From Planctomycetota bacterium (lineage in GTDB: Bacteria; Planctomycetota; Phycisphaerae; WQYP01): a stretch of 50,991 nucleotides of DNA. This document shows positions 1 through 9,593 of the stretch, in pieces. The stretch lies in the NCBI GenBank assembly GCA_021808105.1, contig JAKBCC010000003.1, forward strand, positions 1 to 50,991, read 5' to 3'. Position 1 is the stretch's first letter. Every line of letters begins with the position of its first letter. A program made the translations under genes and the position numbers. Below the pieces are notes generated by a model. That model had not been told where the DNA came from, searched no databases, and saw only the letters and a list, made by a program, of their open reading frames with translations.

Positions 1-1
1 A

Positions 2-712
2 TCGGTTCTGCCGGATTATTTTGGCCTGGAAGCCGGGCAATCGGCGGTGGGGGACATATTTAACTGGTTTGTATCGGTGGTGCAGCCCCAGGGGATCGCG
101 GGTTCGCATGAGGCTTTGACCCGGGCCGCCGCGGAAATGAAGCCCGGTGCCAGCGGCCTGTTGACTCTGGACTGGCATAACGGTAACCGCACCATTCTGG
201 TGGATCAGCGGCTCACCGGACTGATCATGGGCCTGACACTGCACAGCACGCCGGCGGAAATTTATCGTGCACTTATTGAAGCCACCGCTTTTGGCGCGCG
301 GGTTATTATGGAACGCTTTGAGGAATTCGGCCTGCCGGTGCATCGCGTTATTAACGGCGGGGGCATATCGGCCAAGAATCATTTTGCCATGCAGATATAT
401 GCAGATGTTATGAACCGGCCCGTGGGCGTTTCCCGGAGCGGACAGACTTGCGCTTTTGGTGCCGCGATCGCCGGGGCGGTTGCTGCGGGAAAAAGCCGCG
501 GCGGCCATGATACATTTGATGACGCCATTGTCCGCATGGTCGGTGAGCCGGCACGAATTTTTACCCCCATAAGCGGCCATGTTGCAGTGTATGAACGGTT
601 GTTTAAACTCTATCGCCAGGTGCATGATGCCTTTGGCCGCAAGGAATCCGTCGCCCATCTCGGCACGGTTATGAAAGAGCTACTGGATATTCGCGATCAG
701 GCCAGGAGTTAA
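2..712 (+). CDS. araB: Ribulokinase (FGGY family), 5'-truncated by window edge
   Basis: Frame is open from base 2 (…GLEAGQSAVGD). Motifs LDWHNGNRT and EIYRALIEATAFG; directly upstream of araD. Confidence 0.9.
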   Translation, partial: SVLPDYFGLEAGQSAVGDIFNWFVSVVQPQGIAGSHEALTRAAAEMKPGASGLLTLDWHNGNRTILVDQRLTGLIMGLTLHSTPAEIYRALIEATAFGARVIMERFEEFGLPVHRVINGGGISAKNHFAMQIYADVMNRPVGVSRSGQTCAFGAAIAGAVAAGKSRGGHDTFDDAIVRMVGEPARIFTPISGHVAVYERLFKLYRQVHDAFGRKESVAHLGTVMKELLDIRDQARS

Positions 713-714
713 AT

Positions 715-1419
715 ATGCCACACGATGAACTTAAGCAGTTGGTATGCCAGGCCAATCGTGATCTGGTGCCGCTGGGGCTGGTGGCGTTGACGTGGGGGAA
801 TGTCAGTGGCGTGGACCGTACCGCAGGTGTTATGGCCATTAAACCCAGTGGCGTACCGTATGAAAAATTGCAGCCCGCCGACGTGGTGGTGCTTTCACTG
901 GCGGATGGTCGAGTCATTGAGGGAACCGCCCGGCCGTCCTCGGATACGCCGACACATTTATATTTGTATCAGAATTGTCCGGACATCGGCGGTATTGTGC
1001 ATACGCACTCCATTCATGCCACAAGCTTTGCACAGGCCAAGCGGGAAATTACCTGTCTGGGCACCACGCACGCTGATACCTTTTATGGTGCCGTACCGGT
1101 AACCAGGGATTTAACCCCGGAAGAAATTCACACGGACTATGAATTAAATACGGGTCGCTTAATTTTGGAATGCTTCAAGGAACATGGGTTGAATCCCGCA
1201 CAAATTCCGGGCGTGCTGGTCGCCAGCCATGCACCATTTGCCTGGGGGCCGACAGCCGCTAAAGCGTTGGAAAATGCGCTGGTTCTGGAATTGGTGGCCA
1301 AAATGCAACTGGAAACCCTGGCTCTGGCACCGGATGTTCAGCCCATTCCGGACGAGCTTCTGGACAAGCATTTTTTACGCAAGCACGGCCCCGATGCCTA
1401 CTATGGCCAGAAGAGCTGA
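715..1419 (+). CDS. araD: L-ribulose-5-phosphate 4-epimerase
   Basis: TWGNVS, IKPSGV, PSSDTPTH, HTHS, GTTHAD and C-terminal KHG..AYYGQ motifs of class II aldolase AraD. Confidence 0.95.
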   Translation: MPHDELKQLVCQANRDLVPLGLVALTWGNVSGVDRTAGVMAIKPSGVPYEKLQPADVVVLSLADGRVIEGTARPSSDTPTHLYLYQNCPDIGGIVHTHSIHATSFAQAKREITCLGTTHADTFYGAVPVTRDLTPEEIHTDYELNTGRLILECFKEHGLNPAQIPGVLVASHAPFAWGPTAAKALENALVLELVAKMQLETLALAPDVQPIPDELLDKHFLRKHGPDAYYGQKS

Positions 1420-1664
1420 CGCCACCCCTACAAGAATTAATGTCCCCGAAAACAATGCAATAATGACCATGGACTGTAAAGGAAAGTTGTTGTAACGGGG
1501 CCGGGCTATTTTCATTATCCGCTTCCAACTGCACGCGCCTGATTATAGCCTGGCATTCCAAGCCGACGGCGAAGCTTACTGAAAATTTCCGGAAGCATCG
1601 TTATGGTGCCTGCTAATCAATTGCGAGTCACGCAGTACCGAACTGGCGGAAGGGCTTGGCGGGA

Positions 1665-2150
1665 TTAACCGACGGACTTTTGCCGTGGTTCTTCTGTCGG
1701 GTGCAAAATCTCCGCAGCCGGTCCGCTATAAATTGCACGCTTGCGATTCATGGCCATATTTGCTAATTCATCGGGCCGCGCATTGGAGCTGCGATAAACA
1801 TGGCGAATCGACCAGGCGGGAATTTGCTGTAATAAATCCATAGCTTGTTGATACAGAGGTCTTAGCGTGGCGTTTTTCACGCGATAAATTCCCAGAATTT
1901 GTCGTACCACCAATTCGCTGTCGGCGCGAATTTCCAGTTTCCGTGCTCCCAGCTTCACTGCCGCATCAGCACCGCGAATTAAACCGCTGTACTCGGCGTA
2001 GTTGTTGGTATGGGTGCCCAGATAATCGCCGAGTTCATAGACCAGATCGCCTGCGGGCGTTGTAAGCGTGACACCGCACCCCGCCGGCCCCGGATTCCCC
2101 CGTGATCCACCGTCAAACTGCATCACCAGCGTTGAATAGTCCAATGACAT
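1665..2150 (-). CDS. rnhA: Ribonuclease HI family protein
   Basis: FDGGSRGNPGPAG, TNNYAEY, DSELVVRQ and N..PDELAN acidic active-site motifs. Confidence 0.88.
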   Translation of the reverse strand: MSLDYSTLVMQFDGGSRGNPGPAGCGVTLTTPAGDLVYELGDYLGTHTNNYAEYSGLIRGADAAVKLGARKLEIRADSELVVRQILGIYRVKNATLRPLYQQAMDLLQQIPAWSIRHVYRSSNARPDELANMAMNRKRAIYSGPAAEILHPTEEPRQKSVG

Positions 2151-2244
2151 GACTCCGAAAACACCGCAGAAGAACCCGGAAACTAACCCCTTAGCCGGGA
2201 TTCAGAAGGTATTATTACCGGGAAAAGATAATTTGAAAATGGTC

Positions 2245-3000
2245 TTAGGCCGATGTCTGCTGGGGAAGCATTTCCGGCAGATAAAGAATTCGCCCGCAGG
2301 ACTGGCATCTGCGGATTTCATCACGCCCGCGCAACAGATTCACATCTTCAATGTTCAAGCCCATAAAGCACCCACCGCAGGTGATGGTGTCCATGTCGTT
2401 TTCGTTGAACTCCACCGGAGCCATGGCATCGCCGGGATAACGCTGACAGATGCGATCATACTGCTTCCGCGATTCGGGAGGCACGGCGTTGGTCGCCTGC
2501 TCGCGGTGACTTTGGAGTTCCCGGATATGAGCTTGCAGTTCCGCAACGCGCTGGCTGCTCTGGCGGCGCGAGTCGTCCAGGCTCTTTTGAGCCACATGCA
2601 ATTGCTCGCGTATACCCGAAGCGGATTTCATATTGGTTTCCAGTTGTCCCATGAAGTCCAGAATCGTGGTTTCAATTTTACTGACTTCTTCTTTTTCGGC
2701 GGAAATCTGGATGAGAATGGCGGAATATTCTTTATTGGTCTTGGCGTTGTTCAAGCTGGTGCGCATTTTTTCAATGTGCTCCTGCCGGCTTTTCATGTCC
2801 AATTCATGGGAAGAGATCGTGGCCTGAAGCTTCCGGCCCGCCGATTCAAATTCCGCCAGGCTGGCATTGAGGCGGGTAATGTTGTTTTCAATGGCTACCT
2901 GATCCTTCATGACTGCGGCGAGGCGATTATTGAATTCATGTAAATCATGATCAATTCGATAAAGCGCCAGAAGAGAAGGGATCATTGTGAATGCCGTCAT
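2245..3000 (-). CDS. Coiled-coil protein with C-terminal C4 zinc ribbon (zf-RING_7/CT398-like)
   Basis: Long heptad coiled coil with NKEY motif, then CGGC…CQSCGRILY. This family is commonly found next to RNase HI. Confidence 0.85.
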   Translation of the reverse strand: MTAFTMIPSLLALYRIDHDLHEFNNRLAAVMKDQVAIENNITRLNASLAEFESAGRKLQATISSHELDMKSRQEHIEKMRTSLNNAKTNKEYSAILIQISAEKEEVSKIETTILDFMGQLETNMKSASGIREQLHVAQKSLDDSRRQSSQRVAELQAHIRELQSHREQATNAVPPESRKQYDRICQRYPGDAMAPVEFNENDMDTITCGGCFMGLNIEDVNLLRGRDEIRRCQSCGRILYLPEMLPQQTSA

Positions 3001-3050
3001 GTCGTAACCTCAAAGTCCTCAATCCCGTAGTGTACCAAAATTGAGCCTTA

Positions 3051-3425
3051 TCAGCCAGCGGTTTTCTCCAGCCAGACCGGCGGTGGTTCGATCGCATCTG
3101 ATGGGCGGCCACCACCATCTTTGGCTCCCGTGCCTTTCCATCGGCTGATAACGCGAACCGTCATGTCCGCGTCGCATAGGACCTGGCAGCTAAGGCGTAA
3201 GCCCGGCTGGGCGGTCAGGCCGCGCTCTTTCATGATGGTTTTCTCGGCTTCTGTGATTTTTGCCGGCGCACCATTTTCAATTTGTACACGGCATGTGGTG
3301 CAGCGAGCGTGGCCGCCGCAGGCGTGGAACTGATCTATTTGCACAATATCGGTCAGTGCATTGACCAGTCGCGTGCCGGCGGGAACTTCAAAATCACCCA
3401 TATTTTCAACAGTGAGCTTAGGCAT
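3051..3425 (-). CDS. 2Fe-2S ferredoxin
   Basis: CGGHARCTTC…RLSCQ cysteine pattern. Start set at ATG 3425, which has AAGGA upstream. Confidence 0.88.
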   Translation of the reverse strand: MPKLTVENMGDFEVPAGTRLVNALTDIVQIDQFHACGGHARCTTCRVQIENGAPAKITEAEKTIMKERGLTAQPGLRLSCQVLCDADMTVRVISRWKGTGAKDGGGRPSDAIEPPPVWLEKTAG

Positions 3426-3532
3426 AGTCGTATCCTTAAAATCGCGGTCCATCCAGGGCCGCATGTTTCATCTGATGAGTATGCAAGCCAACGCCCGGCG
3501 TTGCAAGTCTGTAGGCTGCCCGATTGCCGCAT

Positions 3533-4504
3533 TCACTGCGGATTGATCAGATTCATGATTTCCGCGCTGCCGCGCTTCCGTAGCGTTTCAAGCAGCAAAT
3601 CATACAGGCCGTTAAGCCCTGCGTCGGAAGGGTCTTCAGCCAGCAAGGTAGCGCGGGATATTTTTTTTCCGTCCGGCGTGGCTAGAAAAGCCCGGACAAT
3701 CCACCCGTGAAGGGTGTTGACCGGATTTCCGCGTGGCATGGCGCATACCCCCATGGGAGCCAGGCAGTTGCCCGCTAATGCTGCTACTACCCGCCGCTCA
3801 AACGCCAGCGCCGCCGCCGTACCGGTGTGATTAATCGTCCCGGCGAGCTTACACATAATAGCATCCTGGGTTCGCGCCTGAATTGCCAGAATCCCCTGTC
3901 CTGCGGCAGGGATAAATTCATCCAGCGGCAGGCTCACGGCGGAATCCGGAAACAGATTCGTGCGATCCAACCCGGCTTGGGCCAGAAATGTACCGGCTAT
4001 CACGCCTTCGTTTACCTTGCGCAAACGCGTTTCGATATTGCCCCGCAACGGCTGAACCGTAACATCGGGACGCATGGCCAGAAGCTGCGATTGCCGGCGC
4101 AGCGACGACGTTCCCACCAGGGCAGAGGGGGGAAGGTCAGCAATGGATTTATTTTGAAATCCAATCCATACATCACCGGCCTGCGCACGCAAGGGTGTCC
4201 CGGCGATAATGGTTCCAGGGGCCAGTTCCGCCGGCAGATCTTTAGCCGAATGCACCGCCAGATCAATGCGATTTTCCAGCAAAGCTGTTTCAATTTCCTT
4301 TATAAATAAGCCCTTACCCCCCGATTCCGCCAGGGGGCGATCCTGCTGTTGATCACCGGAAGTTGTAATAAAAACCAGTTCGATTGTCGTGGGCGGTCTG
4401 CCGATGAGTCGGGCTTCAAGCATTTGTTTGACCATGCCCGCCTGCGTGCGCGCCAGCAGACTGGACCGGGTGCCGATTCGGATGGTTCGATCTGGTTCTA
4501 TCAT
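3533..4504 (-). CDS. hemC: Hydroxymethylbilane synthase (porphobilinogen deaminase)
   Basis: IRIGTRSSLLA, GKGLFIKE, AVHSAKD, GTSSLRR, LRGNIETR and GNCLAP motifs. Start moved to MIEPD (4504); the ORF-track extension only reads through a repeat. Confidence 0.93.
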   Translation of the reverse strand: MIEPDRTIRIGTRSSLLARTQAGMVKQMLEARLIGRPPTTIELVFITTSGDQQQDRPLAESGGKGLFIKEIETALLENRIDLAVHSAKDLPAELAPGTIIAGTPLRAQAGDVWIGFQNKSIADLPPSALVGTSSLRRQSQLLAMRPDVTVQPLRGNIETRLRKVNEGVIAGTFLAQAGLDRTNLFPDSAVSLPLDEFIPAAGQGILAIQARTQDAIMCKLAGTINHTGTAAALAFERRVVAALAGNCLAPMGVCAMPRGNPVNTLHGWIVRAFLATPDGKKISRATLLAEDPSDAGLNGLYDLLLETLRKRGSAEIMNLINPQ

Positions 4505-4575
4505 CGCTGTGATGCTAATGGCCCCGGCCCGCCAACGCCAGCGGCCCAGCCCCTGTCGGCCACCGCACCGCATCG

Positions 4576-4624
4576 AAAAAGGTACCTGACACCTTTTTTC
4601 GGAAAAGGTGTCAGGTACCTTTTT
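4576..4624. repeat. Perfect 22-bp inverted repeat, REP-like
   Basis: AAAAAGGTACCTGACACCTTTT-ttcgg-AAAAGGTGTCAGGTACCTTTTT between the divergent hemC and panD genes. Confidence 0.9.
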
Positions 4625-4781
4625 TTGTTTCTGGTGGCGCGTTGGAGGCTTGGATGCGAGACGGCGTTGCGGAAACAGAACTGTGGAGTGCTTTATGGAC
4701 GAACTGGTGCATTCTGCGGTACACTGGTTCAAAGCGCCGGCCCCAATGGCTGAATATGGCCGGCCGGATTCGGAATGTGTA

Positions 4782-5162
4782 ATGTTATTGACCTTACTGC
4801 GAGCCAAGATTCACGGCGCGATCATCACCCAGGCCAATCGTAATTACGTGGGAAGTATCACCATTGACCTTGATCTGCTCAAGCTTAGCGGATTGTTGCC
4901 TAATGAGCGCGTGCTGGTGGCTGATATTCACAATGGCGTGCGTTTTGAAACCTATATTCTTGCCGGGAAAAAAGGTTCCGGTGTGATCGGCATTAACGGC
5001 GCTGCAGCGCATCTTGTTAAGCCGGGAGAAAAGATAATTATCATGGCGTTCGCAGAGATGACGCCGGAAGAAACCGTCGATCATGTAGCGCGCGTTCTGG
5101 TTTTAGATTCGTCCAATAAACCGGTGAAGAACATGACCATTGCGAGCCGATTGGACGTATGA
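4782..5162 (+). CDS. panD: Aspartate 1-decarboxylase
   Basis: LRAKIH, Y.GSITID (Gly-Ser autocleavage site), RFETY and INGAAAH motifs. Confidence 0.95.
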   Translation: MLLTLLRAKIHGAIITQANRNYVGSITIDLDLLKLSGLLPNERVLVADIHNGVRFETYILAGKKGSGVIGINGAAAHLVKPGEKIIIMAFAEMTPEETVDHVARVLVLDSSNKPVKNMTIASRLDV

Positions 5163-5245
5163 CATTGCAAAAGGCTGTGCAGGTGTGCGAGCCGGTCTAT
5201 ACTTGGCGGGCGACAGTCCCCCGCCGTTATATATGGAGATGCTGA

Positions 5246-6679
5246 ATGCTCAAACGCTTGAGACGATCTGCAGGTAGCACATTAAGTTGTCGCGCTGTGT
5301 GGGGCGTGCTGCTGGCAGTCTGGATTCTGCCCCAATTGGGCGGTTGCGCTTCGGTGCCGGGCTGGATGGTCAGCGACAAGCCGTCATGGCGCACGCAATA
5401 TGCCTTGGCGCGGGTATCGCCTGCGGTGGTGCGGATCAACGTGGTCATGCGCGATTTTCAAAATGGCATTCCGGAAAATTTCAGGGCCATCGGCAGCGGT
5501 GTTATTATTGACCGGCAGGGACGGGTGCTGACCAATTTCCACGTGGCCGGGCGGGCGCGGCGAATTGAAATTGTTCTACCGGATCAGGAACGCGTGCGGG
5601 CCACGCTGATCGGTTCGGATCACTGGACTGATCTGGCGCTGGTGCAAATGGATATGGCGCAAATACATGCCCGGCATTTGCATTTCAAATGGGCCTCGCT
5701 GGGTAATTCCAGCCACGTGCAATTGGGCCAACCCGTACTGGCCATTGGCACGCCGTTCGGTCTTGCGCGCACGGTGACCCGAGGCATTATTTCCAACACC
5801 GACCGATTTTTTAACGCCACGACCATTGATGGCTACGAGACCGGCTGGTTCAATAACTGGCTGCAGACCGATGCCGCCATTAATCCGGGCAATTCCGGCG
5901 GTCCGCTGATTAACCTGCGCGGGCAGGTCATCGGAATTAATACGCGCGGCGATCCCACGGCCAACAATCTGGGATTCGCCATTCCGATTAATGTGGCGCG
6001 CCGCGTGATCCCGTCGTTACTGAAATTTCGGAAGGTGGCACGCAGCTACGTGGGGTTGGAACTTGAACCCATGCTGGGGCTTAGTCGCTTTTATCATTTG
6101 CCCGCGCAAACCGGCGTACTGATCCGTTCGGTGGATCATAATTCGCCCGCGTCCATAGGCGGTGTGCATGCTCTGGATGTGTTGCTGTCGGTCAACGGCC
6201 ATCCAACGAATTGCCGCTTTCCCGAGCAGGTTTCCTCTGTGCGACGTTACATTTCCAGTCAGCCGGTGGGTTCCCGAGTCGCACTGCTGGTGGAACGTAT
6301 GACGGACGGTTCAAAAATGCAGCAGAAAACGCTGTATGTTTTCACCCAGCGTCTGGAAAGTGTCATCGCTCCGCGTCATCAGATTAAGCCGTGGGGAATC
6401 GTGGTGCGGAACCTTACCGATGCGTATCTGCGGCAGCAGCAGATGAAAATGATCCGGGGCGTGTTGGTTACCAGCGTGCAAAGCGGATCGATTGCCGACA
6501 CCGCCGGTATGGAAGATGGCGACATTATTCGCCGGGTAGGCAGTATCGGAATAGTCGATAGCCTGCAACTGAAAGTTCTGGCGGATCGTATGGCTAAAAC
6601 GAAAAAGCCCTATGCCGTCGTGGTGAAACGGGGACGCACGGAACGCACCCTGGTTTTCAGTCCGGGCAGCGGAAGTTGA
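5246..6679 (+). CDS. HtrA/DegP-family serine protease with two PDZ domains, probable lipoprotein
   Basis: Catalytic triad motifs TNFH, TDLA and TDAAINPGNSGGPL; PDZ domains; LGGC lipobox. Confidence 0.9.
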   Translation: MLKRLRRSAGSTLSCRAVWGVLLAVWILPQLGGCASVPGWMVSDKPSWRTQYALARVSPAVVRINVVMRDFQNGIPENFRAIGSGVIIDRQGRVLTNFHVAGRARRIEIVLPDQERVRATLIGSDHWTDLALVQMDMAQIHARHLHFKWASLGNSSHVQLGQPVLAIGTPFGLARTVTRGIISNTDRFFNATTIDGYETGWFNNWLQTDAAINPGNSGGPLINLRGQVIGINTRGDPTANNLGFAIPINVARRVIPSLLKFRKVARSYVGLELEPMLGLSRFYHLPAQTGVLIRSVDHNSPASIGGVHALDVLLSVNGHPTNCRFPEQVSSVRRYISSQPVGSRVALLVERMTDGSKMQQKTLYVFTQRLESVIAPRHQIKPWGIVVRNLTDAYLRQQQMKMIRGVLVTSVQSGSIADTAGMEDGDIIRRVGSIGIVDSLQLKVLADRMAKTKKPYAVVVKRGRTERTLVFSPGSGS

Positions 6680-6738
6680 ACTCCGGCGGAGTATACTTTA
6701 ATCATGACCTTTAACTTTTTTGGATCAGGAAACTTACT

Positions 6739-8154
6739 ATGACGTATCGATCAGTGTTGCATCGCGTATCGGCCCTGATGTGCATTTCCGGCAGTATTCT
6801 GGCGGCGGGTGCAACAGCTTCCGCAGCGCCGAGGGTGGCCAAACGGGTTCCCGGAATTGCCCGCAGTATTGTGGTGGTGCAATACACCGCGGAAAATGAA
6901 TTTCATAAAACCAATAAGGTCAGCGGACAGGGCATTGTGCTCAATAAAAAGGGCGTAGTGCTGGTGTCCTCGGATCTTATCCCGCAGGACGTTCCGTTGG
7001 GGTACATCCATCACTTGAAAATCCGACTGGCACAGGGCGACATGCCCAAAATTTCCGCCCAGTATCTGGGACGCACCGTGGATGGTTTGTTCTGTTACGT
7101 GCGGGCGCTTAAGCCGCTGGATGCAACCCCATTGCCAATTTCCTCTACCGGCAAGGCCTATCTGGCCGAGCGTGTCTTTTCAGTGGGACGACTGGGGAAG
7201 GATCAGGCATACGGTGCCTTTGTGGGGGTCAACCGCATCAAGGCGATGATCCCGCTGGTTCATACGCTTATTGCCACAGATTCCTTTGGTCTGACGGATG
7301 CCAATAGCCCGGTCTTTGATTTCCGCACGGGCAAATTCATCGGCTTGACCGTACCGAATCCGGGTGATGGCATGATTCTGACCCTGCTGGGCCGATCGGT
7401 TCCGGTTACCCTGCGGGACAATCAGCAGGTTGGCATGTTTATCGGGTACAACTCCATCAAGCAGGATTTGACTGATATTCCGACCAAACGCTTCGTGGCC
7501 AAAATTCCCTGGTTGGGCACCCTGGACAGCACGGGGTTAAGATCGGCCGTGCGAAGACTCTACAACATTAAGCAGCCGGCGGGATTGATGGTGGGGCAGG
7601 TGATTCCGGGAATGCCGGCCGCCAAAGGTGGCTTGAAGTCGCGCGATATTATTCTGACCGTCGATGGAAAGCCATTTGCCCATACGCCGGTGGCGACTTT
7701 GATGGTGGAGCGTTTTGAGCACCGAATGCAGCAATTAAAACCCGGGCAGATTATTAAACTCGGCATTCTACGCAATGGGAAGTCCAAGACTATTTCCATC
7801 ACCATAGGACAGGCTCCCACACCACCCAGCCGCCTGCCACGATATTATGATCGCAAAATCGGCCTGGTGGTGCACAATCTGGCATTTATTGACGCTTATT
7901 CCCGTAAACTCCCCTTGACGCAAAAAGGGGTGTATGTGGTTCTGGTGCATAATGGCAAGCCGGCGTCGCTGGGAACCACACCGGTGCAGCCCGGTTACAT
8001 TATCACGCGCGTGGATGATCACCGTGTTGATGATATTACTGCGTTCAAAAAACTGGTAACCCAAGCCCAGACCACCGCGGGCAAGCCGGAAATTATTTTT
8101 GAAGTTATCAAGGTCAACGGTCGCACGGCTGCGTGCCACGTGAGTTTGAATTGA
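6739..8154 (+). CDS. Secreted PDZ-domain protein with degenerate trypsin-like domain
   Basis: Signal peptide; GQGIVLNKKGVVLV resembles the HtrA N-terminus; PWLG and PAAKGGLKSRDIILTVDG PDZ motifs. No His or GNSGG nucleophile motif. Confidence 0.75.
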   Translation: MTYRSVLHRVSALMCISGSILAAGATASAAPRVAKRVPGIARSIVVVQYTAENEFHKTNKVSGQGIVLNKKGVVLVSSDLIPQDVPLGYIHHLKIRLAQGDMPKISAQYLGRTVDGLFCYVRALKPLDATPLPISSTGKAYLAERVFSVGRLGKDQAYGAFVGVNRIKAMIPLVHTLIATDSFGLTDANSPVFDFRTGKFIGLTVPNPGDGMILTLLGRSVPVTLRDNQQVGMFIGYNSIKQDLTDIPTKRFVAKIPWLGTLDSTGLRSAVRRLYNIKQPAGLMVGQVIPGMPAAKGGLKSRDIILTVDGKPFAHTPVATLMVERFEHRMQQLKPGQIIKLGILRNGKSKTISITIGQAPTPPSRLPRYYDRKIGLVVHNLAFIDAYSRKLPLTQKGVYVVLVHNGKPASLGTTPVQPGYIITRVDDHRVDDITAFKKLVTQAQTTAGKPEIIFEVIKVNGRTAACHVSLN

Positions 8155-8266
8155 CGGCTCTAGGGTGCCTTGGATACACCGCTGCCCTGCAGGAGGTTTT
8201 TCAACATGGGCCATCGCTTCTTTCGGCAAGCTCCCGTCACACCCCGTGTCGTTTAAGGAACGGTTC

Positions 8267-9526
8267 ATGCCGCAGAAAGCTCCAGTTCTACAATTCCCTG
8301 CCCGTCAGCGCATGGGGCGGTTTATGCAGCAGGTGCGCCGACGTTTGCGACTGGAGCACTGGTTTCCCCATTTGCCGGTCGCCGCCGCAGCCGCCATTCT
8401 TGGCCTGTTGAATCTGTTGGACGGCATTTCGCGGTTATCCAAAGCGTTTCCCTTACTCAAGCAGCTTAAACCTGTATTACATATCGGTCAGATCGCCAGA
8501 GTTCCGGGACTAAGCGGATTGCCGGAAGCCCTGGCCGGTGCCGTCCTTCTGACGATGTCGTTTGGATTGGCATTTCGCTCCCGGCTGGCTTGGGTCATGG
8601 CACTACTTATTTCCGCAGCGACGCTGGCGCTGGTGCTCCATCAGGCCAGTTTCCGGTGGGGGGCGTTAACCCTGCTCAATGGGGTGGTGCTGGTGGCGCT
8701 GCTTCTGTTTTATCGGCAGTTTTCAAAATCCAGTCTGGCCACTGGAACCATGTTCAGCCTCATGAGCGTGATATTGCTTCTGGGCTACAGTGTGTTCGGG
8801 TCGTTTGTGCTGGGACAGGGCTTTACACCGCCCATCAAAAATTTAACCGGTGCGCTCTATTTTTCAGTGGTTACGCTTTCGACCGTCGGCTACGGTGATA
8901 TTGTGCCGAAAAGCAGCGACGCGCGGTTTTTTGTCATTTCTCTTATTATTTTAGGCATCACGGTTTTTGCCACGTCCATCTCGGCCGTGATCGTGCCGTT
9001 GGTCAATGGACGAATGCAGCGGTTGCTCTCTGGAGAAAAACGCCGTATGAAACAAGATCATTATATTGTCATTGGGGACAATTCATTGTCACATAACACG
9101 TACCGGGAACTGAAAACCCGGCATCTGGCCGTGGTTGTAATTGTGCCTAAAGAGCCGGATACGCTCTGGATGGATGCCGCGGACATGCTGGTCGGGGACG
9201 CATCGGACATTGAAGTACTACGGAAAGCAGGGGGAGAAAAGGCCCTGGCTATTCTGGCTTTACGGGCGGATGACAGTGAAAACGCTTTTATTGTCATGGC
9301 GGCCAAAGAACTGTCGGGCAGCGCGCGGACGGTGGCGGCGGTTAAAAACAGTAAAAATCTGCAGCGCATTGAACGGGTTGGACCGGATCTGATTATTGCT
9401 CCGGATATTCTGGGCGGTGAATTGCTGGCCATGGCCATCAGCGGAGAACAGTTAAGTGGTGATCATATTTTGAAGAACCTCTTTATTTCCAGGGCCGCTG
9501 CGGTGCCGGCAAAAGAAAAGAAATAA
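8267..9526 (+). CDS. kch: Kch-type potassium channel with RCK (TrkA-N) domain
   Basis: Multiple TM helices, pore signature TLSTVGYGD and C-terminal RCK domain. AAGGA RBS before ATG 8267. Confidence 0.88.
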   Translation: MPQKAPVLQFPARQRMGRFMQQVRRRLRLEHWFPHLPVAAAAAILGLLNLLDGISRLSKAFPLLKQLKPVLHIGQIARVPGLSGLPEALAGAVLLTMSFGLAFRSRLAWVMALLISAATLALVLHQASFRWGALTLLNGVVLVALLLFYRQFSKSSLATGTMFSLMSVILLLGYSVFGSFVLGQGFTPPIKNLTGALYFSVVTLSTVGYGDIVPKSSDARFFVISLIILGITVFATSISAVIVPLVNGRMQRLLSGEKRRMKQDHYIVIGDNSLSHNTYRELKTRHLAVVVIVPKEPDTLWMDAADMLVGDASDIEVLRKAGGEKALAILALRADDSENAFIVMAAKELSGSARTVAAVKNSKNLQRIERVGPDLIIAPDILGGELLAMAISGEQLSGDHILKNLFISRAAAVPAKEKK

Positions 9527-9593
9527 GGCAATATTTTAGCCGTTATGGTAGCGTCCGATTGGTTGCTGGAAAAAGAAAGGACAGTGTGTCAAG

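Noticed and set aside
1420-1664. RNase P RNA (rnpB), often found downstream of zinc-ribbon/rnhA genes
   Set aside because: No GAGGAAAGTCC-type conserved motif on either strand, and the gap is short.
2149-2943. 264-aa plus-strand ORF
   Set aside because: Antisense shadow of the zinc-ribbon coiled-coil gene; no motifs.
4505-4807. Long N-terminal extensions of hemC and panD in the ORF track
   Set aside because: They overlap each other and translate the palindrome (KKVPDTF/MSGTFF). Family homology starts at 4504 and 4782.
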